Shown in pieces: positions 3,349 to 5,352 of a stretch of DNA of 5,352 nucleotides (positions are counted from its first letter, which is position 1; each line of letters starts with the position of its first letter). Position numbers and translations under genes: made by a program. This stretch comes from an uncultured archaeon (GTDB lineage: Archaea; Iainarchaeota; Iainarchaeia; Iainarchaeales; 0-14-0-20-30-16): NCBI GenBank assembly GCA_964595665.1, contig CAZQQS010000025.1, forward strand, positions 1-5,352, given 5' to 3'. Under the pieces are notes generated by a model, which saw only the letters and a list, made by a program, of their open reading frames with translations, searched no databases and was not told the origin of the DNA.

Positions 3349-5352
3349 TTATCGATAAATTTTTTCAATAATCTTATCAATAACATTTTCTGGCAAATTC
3401 TTACCTTGTTTAATTGCTAAACGCATTTCTTCTGCAGTATATTTATCTTTAAATGGTTTTAATTTATATGTTAAAGTATCAATATCTTGTTTATATTGTG
3501 TATAAACATTATTTTCAAAGCCCAATCTTTTTTCTAAATTTTGTTTTTCATTATAATTATTTTCTAAATGTACTTTTCCTTGTTCTAAGTGTTTATTTTC
3601 TTTTTGCATTTCATTTGCAATTTTACTTTCCAAAACAGAAATCTTACTTTCAACTTCTGTTTTTTTCATTTTAAATTCGGTTTCATTAATTTCTTGTTTG
3701 AAATACTTTCTTTTCAAATCACCCAAAATTCTTTTTTCAACTTCCAAATCATCTTGCAATTGTTCAAAACTTTTACCTTGCAATTCTTTAGAAAATGCTT
3801 TTTGTTTTGATGATAATGAAGTTATAGAAATTGTTAATATTACCAAAACTAATACTATTCCAAATAAAATATAATAGATATATAATGGAACCAATAAAGA
3901 CATAGTTGGAATTTCTTTATTTATTAAAAAAGTATTTCCTGCAACATCTGAACCTTTAAAATTTAAAATTGTTGATTTTAATATACCTACATCATCGTAA
4001 TCTGTTGCAAAATAACCTTCATTACTTCCAGAATCAATTCTATTAAAAATATAATTTTTATCTTCAAAATATAAAGTTATAGAATCAGCATCATATAATG
4101 CATCATTTTGATATTTTATTGCTAAAATAATCTCTCCTGAACTTTTAATTACTCCCGATTCAGTAGGACTAATTAATTCTACTTTTAATTCATTTGTTAC
4201 ATCTAAAGATTTAGATATTTCTTTTTCAATTAATTTATCATCATATAATCCTGAGAAAACAACTTTAAAATTTATTTTTGGTTCATTTTCAGGCATAAAA
4301 TATCCTTTAAAATTTTCTAAATTATATGTTTTTCCTTTATATTCAATCCAGGCTTTTAAATTAGTTAATTTACTATCAATATAATTTTCTTTCAAAATAT
4401 ATTTTGCATTAACAAAAATCTTTTGACCATAATTGGTTTTATTTATTTTTGGTTCAATTAAAACAATATCAAAAACATCTTGCCCTTCTATTACATCATA
4501 TTCAATTTTTTTACTCAATTTTACGTAGTTTCCAAAATCATCTTTTGCATCTTTAAATTTAAATGTAATTTTAGTATCATAATCTAAGCTTTTAACTCTA
4601 TAATTTGTATTTATTATATAACATTTATCTTCAACTTCTTCCAATTCAAATTCTATAGTTTCTGATGCTTCTAAAATCATTTTAGCATTAGAAAAAGCAT
4701 CATCTAATTTATTATTAGGCAATCGAAAACATAATATAACACTTTCAATAGTATTTCCCACACTTAAAGAATTATCTCCTTCTGGGAATTTAGTTATTAA
4801 CTCTATTTCTGGATTTATTGCATCTGTACTAATTAATCCAATAGGCACAGTTTTCGAAGTTTTTAAACTTAATTTTCCTTTCACATAATTAGCATCAAAT
4901 TTAATTTCAGATATTTCATTTGATAAATAATCTAATTCTATTTCCCCTTCAAAAGAATTTATTGTTCCAGTAACTTTAGTTAAATTTATTTTTGGAAAAT
5001 TCTTATCTGGATTATATAATCCTGCAGAAACTTTTGCCTCAATTGGCGAACCAGTATTATCCGTTATGTTTGCCAAAACTTTAATTTTTTCACCTTTATT
5101 AAATTCTTGATTTACCAAAGGATTCTTTATAGTTAAAGAAATATCTGCATCTACTATTTCTATACTATGCGAAACACTTTCTGTTGAGCCCTTATTATCT
5201 GTTATTGTTAAGTTTATTGAATATTTCCCTTTCTTAGTATATGTTTTTTTAGGATTTTGTGTTGTACTTGTTGTTCCATCTCCAAAGCTCCAAGTGTATT
5301 TTAATGTTTCTTTACCAGAATAATTAAAAGTTGCTTGCAAACTTAATTCTTC
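3349..5352 (-). CDS. Large single-pass membrane/surface protein with a PKD domain, about four beta-sandwich-like modules, a TM helix and a coiled-coil cytoplasmic tail. The 5' end is truncated by the window.
   Basis: The frame is open to the right window edge. The M at 5340 in the track is a TTG codon (Leu) preceded in frame by EELS, so the protein continues upstream. It has a PKD signature, one strongly hydrophobic segment and a K/E-rich heptad-like tail of about 155 aa. The stop is TAA at 3349..3351. Confidence 0.8.
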   Translation of the reverse strand, partial: EELSLQATFNYSGKETLKYTWSFGDGTTSTTQNPKKTYTKKGKYSINLTITDNKGSTESVSHSIEIVDADISLTIKNPLVNQEFNKGEKIKVLANITDNTGSPIEAKVSAGLYNPDKNFPKINLTKVTGTINSFEGEIELDYLSNEISEIKFDANYVKGKLSLKTSKTVPIGLISTDAINPEIELITKFPEGDNSLSVGNTIESVILCFRLPNNKLDDAFSNAKMILEASETIEFELEEVEDKCYIINTNYRVKSLDYDTKITFKFKDAKDDFGNYVKLSKKIEYDVIEGQDVFDIVLIEPKINKTNYGQKIFVNAKYILKENYIDSKLTNLKAWIEYKGKTYNLENFKGYFMPENEPKINFKVVFSGLYDDKLIEKEISKSLDVTNELKVELISPTESGVIKSSGEIILAIKYQNDALYDADSITLYFEDKNYIFNRIDSGSNEGYFATDYDDVGILKSTILNFKGSDVAGNTFLINKEIPTMSLLVPLYIYYILFGIVLVLVILTISITSLSSKQKAFSKELQGKSFEQLQDDLEVEKRILGDLKRKYFKQEINETEFKMKKTEVESKISVLESKIANEMQKENKHLEQGKVHLENNYNEKQNLEKRLGFENNVYTQYKQDIDTLTYKLKPFKDKYTAEEMRLAIKQGKNLPENVIDKIIEKIYR
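3817..3903 (-). other. Single predicted transmembrane helix of the PKD-domain protein
   Basis: The segment MSLLVPLYIYYILFGIVLVLVILTISITS (track aa 480..508) is followed by SSKQKAFSK. By the positive-inside rule this places the C-terminal tail in the cytoplasm and the PKD/beta-sandwich part outside. Confidence 0.75.
5152..5352 (-). other. PKD domain (possibly cut at its N-terminal edge by the window)
   Basis: The sequence is LQATFNYSGKETLKYTWSFGDGTTSTTQNPKKTYTKKGKYSINLTITDNKGSTESVSHSIEIV. It contains the canonical PKD pattern WxFGDGxxS...P.H/K.Y...G.Y.V/I.LTVTD..G. Confidence 0.8.

Noticed and set aside
3453-3810. Two overlapping 73-aa plus-strand ORFs (3453..3674 and 3589..3810)
   Set aside because: Both are antisense to the K/E-rich coiled-coil tail. 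Antisense of AAA/GAA-rich codons gives F/L-rich pseudo-peptides. They overlap each other in different frames, and neither has a start context or any motif.

Overview
The window is very AT-rich (about a quarter GC by eye, not computed) and holds four genes, all on the minus strand. From left to right in window coordinates they are: (1) the 5' part of an archaeal/eukaryotic-type tryptophanyl-tRNA synthetase, which was not in the supplied ORF track; (2) and (3) two tandem, strongly diverged AAA+ ATPases of the AAA_14/DUF4143 (COG1373-like) kind; and (4) the C-terminal 667 codons of a large single-pass membrane protein. That protein has a PKD domain, several beta-sandwich-like modules, one TM helix and a Lys/Glu-rich coiled-coil cytoplasmic tail. 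The TrpRS type, TATA-like boxes 20-30 nt upstream of start codons and the K/N/I-rich proteins suggest a low-GC archaeon (DPANN-like or a low-GC methanogen). That placement is inference only. I see no tRNA/rRNA, CRISPR array, transposase or integrase. The items most worth follow-up are the uncharacterised ATPase pair inserted between a housekeeping gene and a surface protein, a 22-nt perfect direct repeat with a palindromic core in the 257-nt spacer upstream of ATPase 2, a GC-rich 8-bp palindrome in the 253-nt spacer between the ATPases, and the architecture of the membrane protein. All family assignments come from motif recognition by eye and were not confirmed by any search.
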